Source: Setoptus koraiensis (lineage: Eukaryota > Animalia > Arthropoda). From it: a stretch of DNA of 64,000 nt. The stretch is taken from assembly GCA_048013815.1 (NCBI GenBank), contig CM106586.1, positions 11,966,001 to 12,030,000 on the forward strand, in the 5' to 3' direction. A program made the translations under genes and the position numbers. Positions 63,058 through 64,000 of this stretch are shown one piece after another. Within the stretch, counting starts at the first letter, position 1. The number at the start of each line of letters is the position of its first letter. The notes under the pieces are model-generated. The model searched no databases. It was not told where the DNA came from and saw nothing but the letters and a program-made list of their open reading frames with translations.

Positions 63058-64000
63058 TTACCTTCGCAAGTCTAAAACAAATACTGATCCATCAGCCGCT
63101 GAGGCACCGACTTTGTCACCTCGCGAATTCCAACATACTTCGAATATACCTGAAGTTCCTTTGAAAGTATTTGTTAACTGGCCAGTATCTGTGGACCAAA
63201 TGTGAACGCATTTGTCAAACGAACCGCTGGCCAAATATTTACCGTCAGGGCTGAATGCGACACTATATACTGGCTCCGTATGCCTTGTCAATGTATATAG
63301 GCATCTACCATGTTCAACCTCCCATAATCGAACGGTTGAATCAAATGAGGCACTGGCTAAAACAAGATTCCTATTTGGATTATTTGTGCCTGGTCCGGTT
63401 GGGCTCCATTTAATAGTGTAAATTTCTTTCTCGTGTGCTCTGAGGTCGTGAATACAATTGTCCTGTTTGGGGCTCCATATTTTTAAGCTTTTGTCATCAC
63501 TACACGAAGCTAATAAATTACCTTGTGGATCCCATTTAATAGCGTTGACCTCATTGCTGTGACCTGTGAATGTCTTTATCGGAGCGTCTTGGCCCAATTT
63601 ACATATATGTATGCACTGATCGGTGGAACAGGAGGCAAAACTATTATTTGTTTGCCAGTCAACATCTAAGGCTGGGGCAGTATGGAAGCTAAATTGTTGA
63701 TGAGCTTCTCCAGTAGCTGAGTCCCAGATTATAGTTGTTTTATCCACACCGGCACTCAGAATGTAATTGCCCCTTTTGTTCCATTTTAGGGCAAATATTG
63801 GACCTTTATGTTGGCCTAATGTGGACACTAATTCACCATTACGCGACCAAATCCTGGCATAGCCATCATAGGAGCCTGTCGCTAATAGTGTACCAGCAGA
63901 ATTCCAGTCTAATGATGTAACATCCTTGTTAGAAGGCACTTGTGTACCACCCTGTTGTATACAATGTCTTAATTCAAGATGATTGACACCAGGTTGATTT
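63058..64000 (-). CDS. ebi: F-box-like/WD40 corepressor subunit ebi/TBL1, 5' part outside the window
   Basis: [24 protein letters not shown]...[10 protein letters not shown]...[14 protein letters not shown]...[11 protein letters not shown]...VLDLRR is near-identical to TBL1X/TBL1XR1. The frame stays open to the window edge. Confidence 0.96.
   Translation of the reverse strand, partial: NQPGVNHLELRHCIQQGGTQVPSNKDVTSLDWNSAGTLLATGSYDGYARIWSRNGELVSTLGQHKGPIFALKWNKRGNYILSAGVDKTTIIWDSATGEAHQQFSFHTAPALDVDWQTNNSFASCSTDQCIHICKLGQDAPIKTFTGHSNEVNAIKWDPQGNLLASCSDDKSLKIWSPKQDNCIHDLRAHEKEIYTIKWSPTGPGTNNPNRNLVLASASFDSTVRLWEVEHGRCLYTLTRHTEPVYSVAFSPDGKYLASGSFDKCVHIWSTDTGQLTNTFKGTSGIFEVCWNSRGDKVGASAADGSVFVLDLRR

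Noticed and set aside
1-64000. Transposons, tRNA, rRNA, snRNA and telomeric arrays
   Set aside because: I saw no transposase/RT/integrase ORF, cloverleaf or conserved RNA signature by eye. Degenerate or non-autonomous elements cannot be excluded without RepeatModeler, tRNAscan-SE and Infernal.

Overview
Eukaryotic (animal) nuclear DNA, not prokaryotic. It has spliceosomal GT-AG introns and metazoan genes, and I see no operon-like, CRISPR, rRNA, tRNA or transposase/RT signal. The compact genes, ~100-250 nt introns and N/S/Q-rich proteins suggest a small arthropod genome such as an acariform mite (inference only). Recognisable genes: a single-exon Cip/Kip CDK inhibitor (8887-9723 +), ECHDC1 (47699-48559 -), a 7-exon ABCC4-like transporter (53621-58765 +, 1445 aa) and the 3' part of ebi/TBL1 (63058-64000 -). 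Orphan genes: a possible AKAP-like protein (11189-11791 -), a Lys/Arg-rich protein with a recent internal duplication (40588-41559 -), a large secreted acidic protein probably spliced from two ORFs (44871-42516 -) and a small secreted CX3CX3C...CX3CX3C peptide (62503-62754 +). The stretches 1-8.8 kb and 12-39 kb have no recognisable genes, look GC-rich, and carry many unrelated minisatellites and GGGCCC palindromes; most ORF-track entries there are repeat-derived artefacts. Best leads: the cysteine hairpin peptide, the CKI with a plant-KRP-like C-terminal domain position, the secreted orphan cluster, introns with CTAAY branch points but no polypyrimidine tract, and a ~77-nt hairpin at 46334-46410. 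Nothing was computed or searched; all counts were made by eye.
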